From positions 288,001-352,000 of the forward strand of contig CAVXXK010000006.1 in NCBI GenBank assembly GCA_963765675.1: DNA of 64,000 nt, read 5' to 3'. Shown piece by piece: positions 39,651 to 49,799 of this stretch; position 1 is the stretch's first letter, and every line of letters starts with the position of its first letter. Below the pieces are notes generated by a model that was not told the DNA's origin, did no database searches, and saw only the letters and a list, made by a program, of their open reading frames with translations. The stretch is from an uncultured delta proteobacterium. GTDB taxonomy: Bacteria; Desulfobacterota; Binatia; Binatales; Binataceae. A program made the position numbers and the translations under genes.

Positions 39651-41030
39651 TTGAAGATCGCGCTCGACGCGATGGGGGGCGATCTCGCACCCAAGGCTGC
39701 GGTCGAGGGGGGCGTGCTGGCCGCACGCGATTTCGGTATCGAGATCGTGCTGGTGGGCGACCGCGAGGTCGTCGCCAGAGAGCTCGCCGAACACGACACC
39801 AAGGGGTTGAGCATCCGGATCGAGCACGCGCCCGAAGTCGTGCTGATGGACGATTCGCCGCTCGAATCGATCCTGAGCAAGCCGGGCTCGTCGCTGCATA
39901 TCGGATTTCACCTGGTGAAGGATCTCAAGGCTGACGCTTTCGTCAGCGCCGGAAATTCCGGCGCGATGATGGTCGCCGCGTCGGTCATCCTGGGAAATCT
40001 TCCCCACGTCGATCGCCCCGCGATCGGAACGATCGTGCCGACCACCGAAGGGCAGGCGCTCTTGATCGACGCCGGCGCCAACACCGAGGTCAAGCCGCTC
40101 AACCTCGCGCAGTTCGCGGTGATGGGCGCGGTTTACTGGCGCCGCGTGCGCAACGTCTCGGTCCCGCGTGTCGGGATCCTGTCCAACGGCGAAGAAGCTT
40201 CCAAGGGCACCGAGCTCACGCGCGCCGCGGCCGCGATGCTCGGGCAGATGTCTTCGTACGTCAACTACATCGGCTACGTCGAAGGGCGCGATATCAACCG
40301 CGCCAAGGCCGACGTGATCGTGACCGACGGCTTTACCGGCAACGTCGCGCTCAAGACGATGGAGGGGTTGTCGTCGCTGATCCGCGGAAATCTGCGCGAG
40401 CTTCTGAGCGGAAGCTGGGCCGGAAGAATCGCATACTTGCTTATCCGCAAACGGCTTGGCGGGATGATCGAAAAGCTCGATCCGCACGAAGTCGGCGGCG
40501 CTCCGCTCCTGGGCGTCAACGGAGTTGCGATTATCGCGCATGGATCGTCTAATGCGCGCGCGATTCGCAATGCGGTCCGGGCAGCGGCAAACGAATCGCT
40601 GGTGCGGCACGTCAATCCGGAAATCGTGGAAATCCTCGCCCGCACCCAGAGCGCCGGGACTATCGCCAAGCCCGCGGGCAAAGGTATCCGCGCGCTGTTC
40701 AGCAAGATGCGCGAACGCCTGCAGCGTCATCCGAAAGACGCTGCGGTATTGCTGGGCGATTCACCGTCGGCGCCGAAAGAAGTTGCCGCAGAGGTCGTCT
40801 ATCCCGGCGGCGCGTCGGCACCCTCGAAATCCGCGAACCCAACCGGCGAGCTCGCGCAGACGGAAACCAGACCGCAGCCGGCCGAGAATCACAATCCGGC
40901 GACGCGCGAAACCTCCGCGTCGTCTCAGCCTGCGATTTCGACCAACGGCTCTGCCTCGAGCGGTCACGCCGACTCGACGAAACCGGCTCCCGACTTATCC
41001 AAGGACCCCGCCAACCGCGAATCCAACTGA
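39651..41030 (+). CDS. plsX: Phosphate acyltransferase with long C-terminal extension
   Basis: IALDAMGGD, SAGNSGA, DAGAN, DGFTGNVALK, HGSS. Confidence 0.95.
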   Translation: MKIALDAMGGDLAPKAAVEGGVLAARDFGIEIVLVGDREVVARELAEHDTKGLSIRIEHAPEVVLMDDSPLESILSKPGSSLHIGFHLVKDLKADAFVSAGNSGAMMVAASVILGNLPHVDRPAIGTIVPTTEGQALLIDAGANTEVKPLNLAQFAVMGAVYWRRVRNVSVPRVGILSNGEEASKGTELTRAAAAMLGQMSSYVNYIGYVEGRDINRAKADVIVTDGFTGNVALKTMEGLSSLIRGNLRELLSGSWAGRIAYLLIRKRLGGMIEKLDPHEVGGAPLLGVNGVAIIAHGSSNARAIRNAVRAAANESLVRHVNPEIVEILARTQSAGTIAKPAGKGIRALFSKMRERLQRHPKDAAVLLGDSPSAPKEVAAEVVYPGGASAPSKSANPTGELAQTETRPQPAENHNPATRETSASSQPAISTNGSASSGHADSTKPAPDLSKDPANRESN

Positions 41031-41050
41031 CGATTCGGATCGGATCTGCG

Positions 41051-41986
41051 ATGAAACTTGCCTACCTGTTCGACGGACAAGGCTCGCAACGCGTCGGGAT
41101 GGGCGCGGAGCTCGCCGCGAATTTTCCGGTCGCGCGCGCGGCCTTCGACGAAGCCGACGCTGCGCTTGGATTCAAGCTCTCGCGGCTATGCTTTGAAGGC
41201 CCGGAAGACGAGCTGAGGCTGACCGCCAACACGCAGCCCGCAATCGTTGCGGCGTCGATCGCGGCGTTTCGCGTCTTCGAGCAGGAAGTCGGCGCTCGCG
41301 CCGAAGTTACGGCCGGCCACAGCCTCGGCGAATACAGCGCGCTCGTCGCCGCAGGTGCGCTGGGCTATGCCGACGCGCTGCGGGCGGTGCGCGAGCGCGG
41401 TAGGCTGATGCAGGAGGCGTGTCCGCAAGGGCAGGGCGCGATGGCCGCGCTCATCGGCCTCGAGCTCGCCGCTGTCGAGGAGATTTGCGCGCAGGTTTCT
41501 TCCGACGGCCAAATCGCGGTGCCGGCGAATCTCAATGCCCCTGGGCAAATCGTTATCGCGGGTCATGCCGCTCCCGTTCGCCGCGCGCTCGAAATCGCAC
41601 AGGAGCGCGGCGCCAAGGCCTCGCAGGAGCTAAAGGTCAGCGCTCCCTTCCATTGTCCGCTGATGGATCCGGCGCGGCGCGGGATGACGCCGGTGCTCGA
41701 GAGGATCACAGTCGCGGCGCCGAAGATCGGCGTGATCGCGAACGTCACCGCCGAGGTCAATCGCGATCCGGCGCGCGTCGTCCCTCTTTTGCTCGAACAG
41801 ATAACCTCGCCAGTACGCTGGGAGGAATCGATGAAGCAGCTCGTCGCTCTCGGCGTCACCGACGCGGTCGAATTTGGCGGCCGAGTGCTGATGGGATTGC
41901 TGCGCCGAATCGATCGCAACATCAAGGTGAAGCCGCTCGAAGATATGGCGGGCCTGAAGGCGATCAAGGAATCCTTCGGCGCCTGA
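41051..41986 (+). CDS. fabD: Malonyl-CoA:ACP transacylase
   Basis: GQGSQ, TQPAI, GHSLGEY, SAPFH. Confidence 0.96.
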   Translation: MKLAYLFDGQGSQRVGMGAELAANFPVARAAFDEADAALGFKLSRLCFEGPEDELRLTANTQPAIVAASIAAFRVFEQEVGARAEVTAGHSLGEYSALVAAGALGYADALRAVRERGRLMQEACPQGQGAMAALIGLELAAVEEICAQVSSDGQIAVPANLNAPGQIVIAGHAAPVRRALEIAQERGAKASQELKVSAPFHCPLMDPARRGMTPVLERITVAAPKIGVIANVTAEVNRDPARVVPLLLEQITSPVRWEESMKQLVALGVTDAVEFGGRVLMGLLRRIDRNIKVKPLEDMAGLKAIKESFGA

Positions 41987-42165
41987 CGCACACGCTGATA
42001 GTGTGTTTGTCTTTGCGGCGCGAGTGGCTGCCATGAGTGAGAAAAAAACCAGGCACCCCCTCCTTGAATCCTCTACCATGTCAGACAATGGGGAAGGAAT
42101 CAGAGAAAGGAAAATCTTGCGGTGTAATGCGGCCGGAGAAATCAGAAAAAGGGCTTATATCCAAC

Positions 42166-42194
42166 TTGCCTGATCGCCCTTAAGTCCTTATGCT
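42166..42194 (+). promoter_or_regulatory. Candidate sigma-70 promoter for acpP
   Basis: TTGCCT-N17-TATGCT preceded by an A-rich tract. Confidence 0.45.
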
Positions 42195-42355
42195 GCCCAG
42201 TTAACTGGCGAAGGCGATGCGACCCGGGTGTCGCGGCTTAAAGTCTGGCGGTCGATTCCGCCGCACAGCGCGCGCAATCCCGCCGGCCAGGCAAATAGAT
42301 TCGCATTTTCAGGAGCGGCCCCCGACGGCGCGCTGCCAGGAGGAACCAGAGCACG

Positions 42356-42595
42356 ATGGCATCAGATATTGAAACCAAGGTTCGCGAGAAAATCAGCGAA
42401 CAACTGGGCGTAGCCGCCGACGAAGTGAAACCCGAGTCGTCCTTTATCGAGGATCTCGGCGCGGACTCACTCGATATCGTCGAGCTCGTGATGGCGCTCG
42501 AAGAGGAGTTCAATATCGAGATCTCCGACGAAGACGCCGAAAAAATTCGCACGGTCAAGGACGTCGTCACCTATATCGAGGCGCACAAGAGCTGA
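42356..42595 (+). CDS. acpP: Acyl carrier protein
   Basis: [20 protein letters not shown]. Confidence 0.97.
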   Translation: MASDIETKVREKISEQLGVAADEVKPESSFIEDLGADSLDIVELVMALEEEFNIEISDEDAEKIRTVKDVVTYIEAHKS

Positions 42596-42701
42596 ACGTC
42601 CGCCCTCCATCACGATTCTCTGACGCCGCCGCCGAGAGCGCGCTCGCTTTCCGCGGCGGACGCACGATCACGGCGCGATAAGGATCCCGGAGAGACAAGC
42701 G

Positions 42702-43214
42702 ATGCGCTGTCCGTTCTGCAAGCATCGCGGCAACCGCGTCATCGATTCGCGTCTGGCCACGGACGCCTCGACGATCCGCAGGCGCCGGGTCTGCTCGGCG
42801 TGCAAGCGGCGCTTCACCACCCGCGAGCGGGTCGAGGAATCGGCGCCGATGGTGGTGAAGAAGGACGGGCGGCGCGAACCGTTCGATCGCGCGAAAATTA
42901 TCGGCGGGCTCAAACGCGCCTGCGAGAAGCGCCCGGTCTCGATGGAGACGATCGAGGAGATCGCCAACCGGATCGAGGCTCAGGCCGGCGAGAGCGGGGG
43001 CAAGGAGATTCCCAGCTCCGAAGTCGGTTCCGCCGTGATGAACGAGCTGCATCGGATCGACCAGGTCGCCTACGTGCGCTTTGCCTCGGTGTACCGCTCG
43101 TTCAAAGATATCGATGAGTTCATGCACGAGCTCGAAGATCTGATCCGGGTCCGTAAGGAAACCCTTGACGCGCTCGGCGATACGCGGCCAGCGGGCAAAA
43201 AGAGTGATAGCTGA
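42702..43214 (+). CDS. nrdR: Transcriptional repressor NrdR
   Basis: MRCPFC..VIDSR..RRRRVC..RFTT, ATP cone, [10 protein letters not shown]. Confidence 0.97.
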   Translation: MRCPFCKHRGNRVIDSRLATDASTIRRRRVCSACKRRFTTRERVEESAPMVVKKDGRREPFDRAKIIGGLKRACEKRPVSMETIEEIANRIEAQAGESGGKEIPSSEVGSAVMNELHRIDQVAYVRFASVYRSFKDIDEFMHELEDLIRVRKETLDALGDTRPAGKKSDS

Positions 43215-44334
43215 CGCCGCCTCCGGCGCGCAGCGCTCGCGCGACCGCCGCTTCATGGCGATTGCTCTCGGCCTCGCCCGCGGGCAGCTTGGACGGACCT
43301 CGCCCAATCCCTCCGTCGGATGCGTTATCGTCCGCGCAGGAAAGATCATAGGACGTGGCGCGACCGCGGCCGGCGGCCGTCCGCATGCCGAAGCCGTCGC
43401 GCTCGCCGAGGCGGGAGCTCGCGCTCGCGGAGCGACGGCGTACGTATCGCTCGAGCCGTGTGCGCATCAGGGAAAGACTCCGCCATGCGCGAGCGCACTA
43501 GTCGAGGCGCGAGTCGCGCGGGTGGTTATCGGATGCCTCGATCGCTATCCGGCGGTGCGCGGACGCGGCGCCGCGATTTTGCGCCGCGCGGGAATCGAGG
43601 TCACGGTCGGCGTGCGCGAGGACAAATGCGCCGCCTTGAACGAGGGCTTCTTCACCCGCGTTGCGCGCGGGCGTCCGTTTGGGTTGCTCAAACTCGCGAT
43701 GTCGCTGGATGGACGAATCGCCGCGGCCTCGGGCGATTCGAAATGGATCAGCTCCAAACAGTCGCGCGCGCTGGTGCATCGATGGCGCCGCGAGTGCGAT
43801 GCCGTCGTCGTCGGCGCGGGGACTGTAATCGCCGATAATCCGCGCCTGACGTGCCGCACTCCTGGCGGACGCGATCCGATTCGCGTGATCGTCGATGCGC
43901 GCCTGCGGATTTCTCGCGCCGCGCTCGCGCTGACCGAACCCTCGACGGCGGGCGCGATTATCGTAACGACGCGAGCGAATCTTGCGCGGGCTCGCCGACG
44001 CTACGGCGGTCCTCGCGTCGAGATCCTGGCGATCGGAAGCAAAGGCTCGGGAATCGATCTCGCTTCGATGGTGCGCGAGTTCGGGCGGCGCGGATGGAAC
44101 AAAATCCTGTTCGAGGGCGGAGCGCATCTTGCGGGCGCGGCGCTGGCCGCAGGGATCATCGATCGCGCAGCGTTCTTTGTCGCGCCGAAGATCGTCGGTG
44201 GAGGTTTGGGCGCGATCGAGGGCCTCGCAACGGCGCGGATCACTCAATCGATTGCGTTTGAGGATATGTCGATGCATCAGGTTGGCCCAGATCTTCTGAT
44301 AGAAGGCCGCCCGCGCGTCCGGAAGAAGCGGTGA
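43204..44334 (+). CDS. ribD: Bifunctional pyrimidine deaminase/reductase
   Basis: [29 protein letters not shown]; start uncertain. Confidence 0.94.
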   Translation: MIADAASGAQRSRDRRFMAIALGLARGQLGRTSPNPSVGCVIVRAGKIIGRGATAAGGRPHAEAVALAEAGARARGATAYVSLEPCAHQGKTPPCASALVEARVARVVIGCLDRYPAVRGRGAAILRRAGIEVTVGVREDKCAALNEGFFTRVARGRPFGLLKLAMSLDGRIAAASGDSKWISSKQSRALVHRWRRECDAVVVGAGTVIADNPRLTCRTPGGRDPIRVIVDARLRISRAALALTEPSTAGAIIVTTRANLARARRRYGGPRVEILAIGSKGSGIDLASMVREFGRRGWNKILFEGGAHLAGAALAAGIIDRAAFFVAPKIVGGGLGAIEGLATARITQSIAFEDMSMHQVGPDLLIEGRPRVRKKR

Positions 44335-44409
44335 GGAGCGGTGCGCAATGAAACGGCCGCCGCTGGCGCGCTAGTCGCGTCCGTAAGGTGGTGATACCAT
44401 CTGATCCGC

Positions 44410-45633
44410 GTGAGCAACTCGATGTCCACTACTTCGCTCGAAGACGTTTTCGGCCGAATCCGCGCCGCAAAAATGGTCGTGATGATCGCCGAAGACCGCG
44501 ATGACGCCGAGGGCGACCTCGTCATGGCGGCGGAAAAAGTCACGCCCAGTCATGTGAACTTCATGGCCCGCGAGGCGCGTGGAATCGTCTCGATCGCGAT
44601 CACCGACAAGCGGATGCGCGAGCTCGGAATCCCGCTGGCAACCTCCTCGGACAGCGACAATCTGCCGGAGCAGGCGGGCGTGCTGGTCGAGGCGCGCGAG
44701 GGCGTCACCACCGGAATCTCGACCAGCGACCGTGCCCGCACAATCCAGGTGGTCGCGTCGAAGACCACCGGCCCCGAAGATATCGTGATGCCCGGGCATG
44801 TGCTGCCGCTGATGGCGTTGGCCGGCGGCGTCATGATGCGGGTCGGACGCGCCGAAGGTGCGGTTGATCTGGTGCGATGCGCGGGGCTCGGGCCGGCAGC
44901 CGCTCTATGCACGATCCTGCGCGACGACGGCGAGGCGGCGCGGATGGCCGACTTGAAGGAATTCGCGGCGCGGCATGAGCTGCCGATTGTGTTCGTGCGC
45001 GAGCTGGTGTCGTATCGGTTGACCAACGAAACCCTGGTGCGCCGCGTCTCGGAGGTTCCGTTCTCGCTGCTCGCGGGATCATTCAAGGCGGTGATTTTTC
45101 GCAATATCGTCGATGGCCGCGAGCACATGGCCCTGGTGAAGGGCAATGTCGGCGGCGGACGTCCCGCTCTGGTGCGGCTGCATTCGGAGTGCTTGACAGG
45201 CGACGTCTTCGAGTCGCGCCGATGCGATTGCGGCGAGCAACTACAGGAATCGGTGAACCGGATTCTCGAGGCTGACGCCGGCGTGATCATTTATTTGCAT
45301 CAGGAAGGGCGGGGGATCGGACTCGGGAATAAGATTCGGGCGTACGCGCTTCAGGACGGCGGGCTGGATACGGTCGAAGCGAACCTCGAGCTCGGCTTCG
45401 ACGACGATCTGCGCGACTACGGAATCGGCGCCCAGATTTTGCGCGACCTTGGCGTCGGCGAAGTGAAGCTCCTGACCAATAATCCGCACAAGATCGAAAG
45501 CCTGCGGCGCTACGGCGTAAACGTCACCCGGGTTCCGCTCGAGGTTGCGCCGCACGACAGCAATATCGGATACCTGCGAACCAAAAAAGAAAAACTCGGC
45601 CATCTGTTCTCCGAGCTCAAACTTCTGACCTGA
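44410..45633 (+). CDS. ribBA: RibBA fusion: intact GTP cyclohydrolase II with a degenerate DHBP synthase domain
   Basis: [29 protein letters not shown] intact; RibB motifs altered. Confidence 0.92.
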   Translation: MSNSMSTTSLEDVFGRIRAAKMVVMIAEDRDDAEGDLVMAAEKVTPSHVNFMAREARGIVSIAITDKRMRELGIPLATSSDSDNLPEQAGVLVEAREGVTTGISTSDRARTIQVVASKTTGPEDIVMPGHVLPLMALAGGVMMRVGRAEGAVDLVRCAGLGPAAALCTILRDDGEAARMADLKEFAARHELPIVFVRELVSYRLTNETLVRRVSEVPFSLLAGSFKAVIFRNIVDGREHMALVKGNVGGGRPALVRLHSECLTGDVFESRRCDCGEQLQESVNRILEADAGVIIYLHQEGRGIGLGNKIRAYALQDGGLDTVEANLELGFDDDLRDYGIGAQILRDLGVGEVKLLTNNPHKIESLRRYGVNVTRVPLEVAPHDSNIGYLRTKKEKLGHLFSELKLLT

Positions 45634-45651
45634 CCGCAGGCGCTAAGACCC

Positions 45652-46101
45652 ATGGGAATCCGGCACGAGGGGCGCGAGCTCGCGCTCAAGGCGCTTTATC
45701 GAATCGATATCTGCGGCGGAGCCTCGAACGAGGACCTGCTGCTGTTCTTCGACAGCTTTCCCGCCGACCCGCGCGTGCGCAGTTTTGCGATGCGCATAGT
45801 CGACGGCGTTTGCGGCGAGATTCCCGCATTGGACAAATCAGTCGGGGACGCGCTCGAGCATTGGAAGATTCGCAGGCTGTCGCGGGTCGATCACAATATC
45901 TTGCGCATGGCGCTGTACGAGCTGATGCGGATCGACGATATCCCCGCGCGGGTCACGATCGACGAGGCGATCGAGCTCGCCAAATGCTACGGCGATCAGG
46001 ATTCGGGGCGCTTCGTCAACGGCGTGCTCGACCAGCTCGCGTCGCGACTCAACCTCAAGCAAAAGGGCGAGCCTGCGGAAGCGGCCAAGCCGCAGCCGTA
46101 G
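45652..46101 (+). CDS. nusB: Transcription antitermination factor
   Basis: RELALKALY, DHNILR, EAIELAK, FVNGVLD. Confidence 0.95.
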   Translation: MGIRHEGRELALKALYRIDICGGASNEDLLLFFDSFPADPRVRSFAMRIVDGVCGEIPALDKSVGDALEHWKIRRLSRVDHNILRMALYELMRIDDIPARVTIDEAIELAKCYGDQDSGRFVNGVLDQLASRLNLKQKGEPAEAAKPQP

Positions 46102-46124
46102 GGTCGCAATGAGCAGAGTTCACG

Positions 46125-47219
46125 ATGCCGCTTGAATCTGCGCTCGCATTTCTCAAGTCTGGCGGGAAATCGCTTCCGCCCGCTATCGTGATTTTCGGAC
46201 CTCATCCGTTTCTCCGCGAAGCCGTGCTCGGATCGATCATCGATGGATTGCTCGAGTCCGGTTACCAGTATCGCTCAATTCACATCTCCTCGAATTCTGA
46301 TTTCGATCGCGCTCTGGAAGAGGTGCGCGCTCCTGATCTATTCGCCGCCAAGCGCGTCGTTGTATGCCGCGTACTCAAGGCGCTTCGCGAGCGCGCCGAT
46401 GACACCGAGGTCGATGCGGACGACGACGCCGAACGCCGCAGCGGACCGTCACGCGGAGGCGAGGCGGAAGTCGCCGAGGCTCTTGAATCCGCGCGCGGGC
46501 CAAATCACCTCGTGCTGGTCTATGAGCGCGACAACGCGCCGGCAAAGATTCGCAAAGCGGCGGAAAAGTCGGCGCTGTTCATCGGATGCGGCCGTCCGTA
46601 TGACAATCAAATCGCCGAATATGCCGACGCAATCGCGCGCGCGCGAAAAATCCGACTCGAGCGCGGAGCTGCGGCCGCGCTGGCGGAGCGCCACGCCGGC
46701 GATCTGGCGGCAATCTCCAATGCTATCTCCAAGGCTGCGATTTTCGCCGAAGCAGGGCAGCCGATTCGTGTCGATGATCTCAACGATCCGGGAATCCGGC
46801 GCATGCCCGACGTGTTCGAAATCGCCGACAGCCTGGCGCGCGGACGCGCCGCCGTGGCGATTGCGCAAATTGATCGCGCGGTCGCGCTCGGACGCGACTC
46901 GATCGAGATTCTGGCGGTCGAGATTATTCCGGTGATGCGGCGGATGATGACGGCGACGGCGATGCTCTCGCGCAGACGCAGCCCGAACGAGATCGCCGCG
47001 GCGCTCGGCGTTTCTCCGATGAGCGGGCTCGCGACTCGCGCGATCGAGGGCGCGCGCCGCTTCGGTCCGCGCCGCCTCGAGCGCGCCTACCGTCGCGCTG
47101 CCGAACTGGATGAAGGTTTCAAGAACGGAACGATCAAGGAACGCGAACAGGCAATTGGCGCGCTACTGATCGAGCTGATGGCCGCGCAAGATTCTCCGCG
47201 CGACGGCGCGCGCACCTGA
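46125..47219 (+). CDS. holA: DNA polymerase III delta subunit
   Basis: Size, DLFAAKRVVV, GDLAAI..K, VFEIAD pattern; convergent with rpsT as is usual. Confidence 0.78.
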   Translation: MPLESALAFLKSGGKSLPPAIVIFGPHPFLREAVLGSIIDGLLESGYQYRSIHISSNSDFDRALEEVRAPDLFAAKRVVVCRVLKALRERADDTEVDADDDAERRSGPSRGGEAEVAEALESARGPNHLVLVYERDNAPAKIRKAAEKSALFIGCGRPYDNQIAEYADAIARARKIRLERGAAAALAERHAGDLAAISNAISKAAIFAEAGQPIRVDDLNDPGIRRMPDVFEIADSLARGRAAVAIAQIDRAVALGRDSIEILAVEIIPVMRRMMTATAMLSRRRSPNEIAAALGVSPMSGLATRAIEGARRFGPRRLERAYRRAAELDEGFKNGTIKEREQAIGALLIELMAAQDSPRDGART

Positions 47220-47366
47220 CGCGCGATAGTCGATTTTTGTTCATTCCGAGCGCGAACGGGCGACGCGTAACGCGTGATGCGACAAACGCGTTGTAGCGAA
47301 CGTCGCGAGGAATCTCGCCCGTCGCACCGACGGCTCCCTCGCAGTGATGGGCGGAGAAAGGCGAAA

Positions 47367-47657
47367 CTACTTGGCTTCGGCTTTGCCGTGCGCCTTGTGA
47401 AAACGCGCGCTCAGCCGTGCGATCTGTCGCCGCGCCGTATTGCGATGCAACGTGCCCTTGCTTTGGGCCTTCTGCAGCGCACGAGTAGCGGCCTTGAGCT
47501 TCGCGGCGCCATCGGCGGCGTCGGCGCCTGCGATCGCCTCGACCGCGAGCTTCACGGTATTGCGCACCTGCGATTTGATCGCATGGTTGCGCTCGGCGCG
47601 TTTAAGGTTTTGGCGATGGCGCTTCTGGGCCGACGGATGAACTGGAATATGCGGCAT
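47367..47657 (-). CDS. rpsT: 30S ribosomal protein S20
   Basis: SAQKRHRQ..N..IKS..KGTLHRNTARR. Confidence 0.96.
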   Translation of the reverse strand: MPHIPVHPSAQKRHRQNLKRAERNHAIKSQVRNTVKLAVEAIAGADAADGAAKLKAATRALQKAQSKGTLHRNTARRQIARLSARFHKAHGKAEAK

Positions 47658-47666
47658 GACCCCGAA

Positions 47667-47695
47667 TAGCTAACAGCGCCCGCCGCACGGGTCAA
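47667..47695 (-). promoter_or_regulatory. Candidate rpsT promoter
   Basis: Minus strand TTGACC-N17-TAGCTA with TG extension, 9 nt before the ATG. Confidence 0.35.
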
Positions 47696-47750
47696 CACTA
47701 CCGCTTCTGATTCCTCCTCGTTCTTTTGAGAGACTATCGATTTAGCTGTA

Positions 47751-47868
47751 GTCATCCTGAGCCGTAGGCGAAGGATCTCCGCGAAGCGATTAGTGCAAAC
47801 AACCTGGGATTTCCGCACTAATCGCTTCGCGGAGATCCTTCACTCCGGCAACCTCCGTTCAGGATGAC
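47751..47868. repeat. Palindromic GTCATCCTGA...TCAGGATGAC REP-like element
   Basis: 10-bp terminal IR plus a perfect 27-bp inner stem (47770-47796 / 47815-47841). Confidence 0.85.
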
Positions 47869-47956
47869 GGATAAGAATTCGGGGTTTATCGACACGGCGA
47901 CTGGTAACTCGCCTTCGATACCGCCGGTAGGGGGCGCAAAATAACCGTCGAGAACC

Positions 47957-48165
47957 ATGCGACAGATTCCAGTTCCAGCGAGAAGTGTACGTATCCGTTT
48001 AACGGCTATGCGGTCGAGATGTTTCTTGACGATCAGGCCGACTATGTCGCGCATTTTGCGGAATTGCCCAACGTGTCCGCCTTCGGACGCACTCCTGCCA
48101 GGGCACTGGCCGAACTCGCCGTTGCTTGGAACCTCGTGAAAGCGTGTATCCTCGGGATTCCTTAG
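47957..48165 (+). pseudogene. HicB-like antitoxin N-terminal domain, frameshifted after the start and C-terminally short
   Basis: Frame 47959-48165 reads ..YPFNGYAVEMFLDDQADYVAHFAELPNVSAFGRTPARALAELAVAW..; ATG 47957 is out of frame by one base. Confidence 0.65.
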
Positions 48166-48956
48166 TCGTCGGCGACACTGATTTTCTTCGCTTCCTGCCA
48201 GAGCGATTCTACCTGCTCAGGAGACATCGCTTTCAGGTCGAGGCCGCGGGTGGCGGCCAGGCGCTCAAGGTTCGCGAACCTTGCGATGAACTTGTCGCAG
48301 GCGCGGCGTAGAACTTCTTCGGGGTTGGTGCCAATGAAGCGGGGAATGTTTGCGGCCGCGAGCATCAGGTCGCCGAGTTCTTCCGACAGCATCGCGAGGT
48401 CTCCGCGTGCGAGCGCGTTCTCTGCCTCCTCGAGCTCTTCGCGAACCTTCGCGAGCACCTCGCGCGCGTCGGCCCAGTCCATCCCGAGGCGGCGCGCCTT
48501 TTCACCGAGCTTCTCCGCGCGCATCAGGGCGGGCAGGGCGCGTCCCGTGTCAGCAAGCGACGACGCGCTGGTGACGCGCTTGCCGGCCTTTTCCTGCGCC
48601 TTGATTTTGTCCCATTGGACTAGCACCTGCGCCGAGGTTTCGGCCTTCACGTCGCCGTATACATGCGGATGACGCCGCACGAGCTTGTCCGCGGCCCGCG
48701 CGAGCACATTCGCAAGGTCGGGCGCGCCCGCTTCCGCTGCCAGCGTGCATGAGAAAATCGCCTGGACGATCAGGTCGCCAAGCTCTTCGACGATCTCTGC
48801 GTTGTCGCCCGACGCGATCGCATCCGCCGATTCGTAGGCTTCTTCAATCAGGTGGCGCGATGAGCCTACCAGTGTCTGCTCGCGATCCCACGCGCATTTC
48901 TGGCGCAGCTCGCGCACGATCTCGGCCAGCCGCGCGAATTCCTGCGCTTCGTTCAT
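48162..48956 (-). CDS. mazG: Nucleoside triphosphate pyrophosphohydrolase
   Basis: CAWDREQT, EEAYE, EELGDL twice, RRHPHV. Confidence 0.95.
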   Translation of the reverse strand: MNEAQEFARLAEIVRELRQKCAWDREQTLVGSSRHLIEEAYESADAIASGDNAEIVEELGDLIVQAIFSCTLAAEAGAPDLANVLARAADKLVRRHPHVYGDVKAETSAQVLVQWDKIKAQEKAGKRVTSASSLADTGRALPALMRAEKLGEKARRLGMDWADAREVLAKVREELEEAENALARGDLAMLSEELGDLMLAAANIPRFIGTNPEEVLRRACDKFIARFANLERLAATRGLDLKAMSPEQVESLWQEAKKISVADD

Positions 48957-49615
48957 GCGGTAAGAATCGGAGAAAGTACTTTGGAGGTCAGGAACTCGCT
49001 TAAGTCCTCGAGGCCGTCCGCCGTGATCTCGTGTCCGCAGTCATATTCTTTGTAAACGAGCGGCACACGCAGCTCGCGCAAGTTCTCGACCGAGGTTCGC
49101 GCGCGCGCGATTTCGATCATCTCGTCGCCGCGTCCGTGCTGGACCATCGTGGGCAGCCGCTCGAGCGCGGCGCGGTCGGTCACGGCGTCCTTCAAGTCGG
49201 GCGGGAACCAGGTCGAAAGCGCAACCAGCGCCGCGAAGCGCGACGGGTTCGTCATCGCCAGCGTGTAAGCCATATATCCGCCCTGGCTGAAGCCGAGCAC
49301 CACGAGTTTGCGCCGATCAATCGGATAACGCTCGAGCGCGGAATCGACGAAGCGCTCCGCCGCTTTACCCGCGGTCTCGATCGCGTCCCGATCAGGTGTG
49401 CCACCCATCCGGATCGGGAACCATCCGTAGCCGCGCGTTGGTCCGACCGGCACTTCAATGGCTCCCTGCGGACAGATGACCATGAACTTTCCGCCGGCGA
49501 TGTATGGCGCGAGGCCGATCAGGTCGAGTGCGCTCGCTCCCCACCCGTGCATCGCGATAATCGCCGGATGCGGTCCTGCACCTGCGGGTTCATAGACGGT
49601 GTGAATCAGATCCAT
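48953..49615 (-). CDS. Phospholipase/carboxylesterase
   Basis: HGWG, GFSQGG, HGRGD, GHEI triad motifs. Confidence 0.9.
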   Translation of the reverse strand: MDLIHTVYEPAGAGPHPAIIAMHGWGASALDLIGLAPYIAGGKFMVICPQGAIEVPVGPTRGYGWFPIRMGGTPDRDAIETAGKAAERFVDSALERYPIDRRKLVVLGFSQGGYMAYTLAMTNPSRFAALVALSTWFPPDLKDAVTDRAALERLPTMVQHGRGDEMIEIARARTSVENLRELRVPLVYKEYDCGHEITADGLEDLSEFLTSKVLSPILTA

Positions 49616-49799
49616 GCGGCGAAACCTCCGGGAGCGATCCTGCGGGCATCATAGGATGCGCGGAAACCGATACGCCAGCACCCTGTTCATCAGGCTGTCC
49701 ATCTCCGGTATGGTATCGGGCGGCGCCCAAGCGCGCGTGACTCCTTGAGCGATGTGCTGATCTTGAGCAACCTGACGGTCTGGCGATGAATTGGCGGTG

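Noticed and set aside
44335-44409. FMN riboswitch before ribBA
   Set aside because: Gap is only 75 nt and lacks RFN consensus motifs
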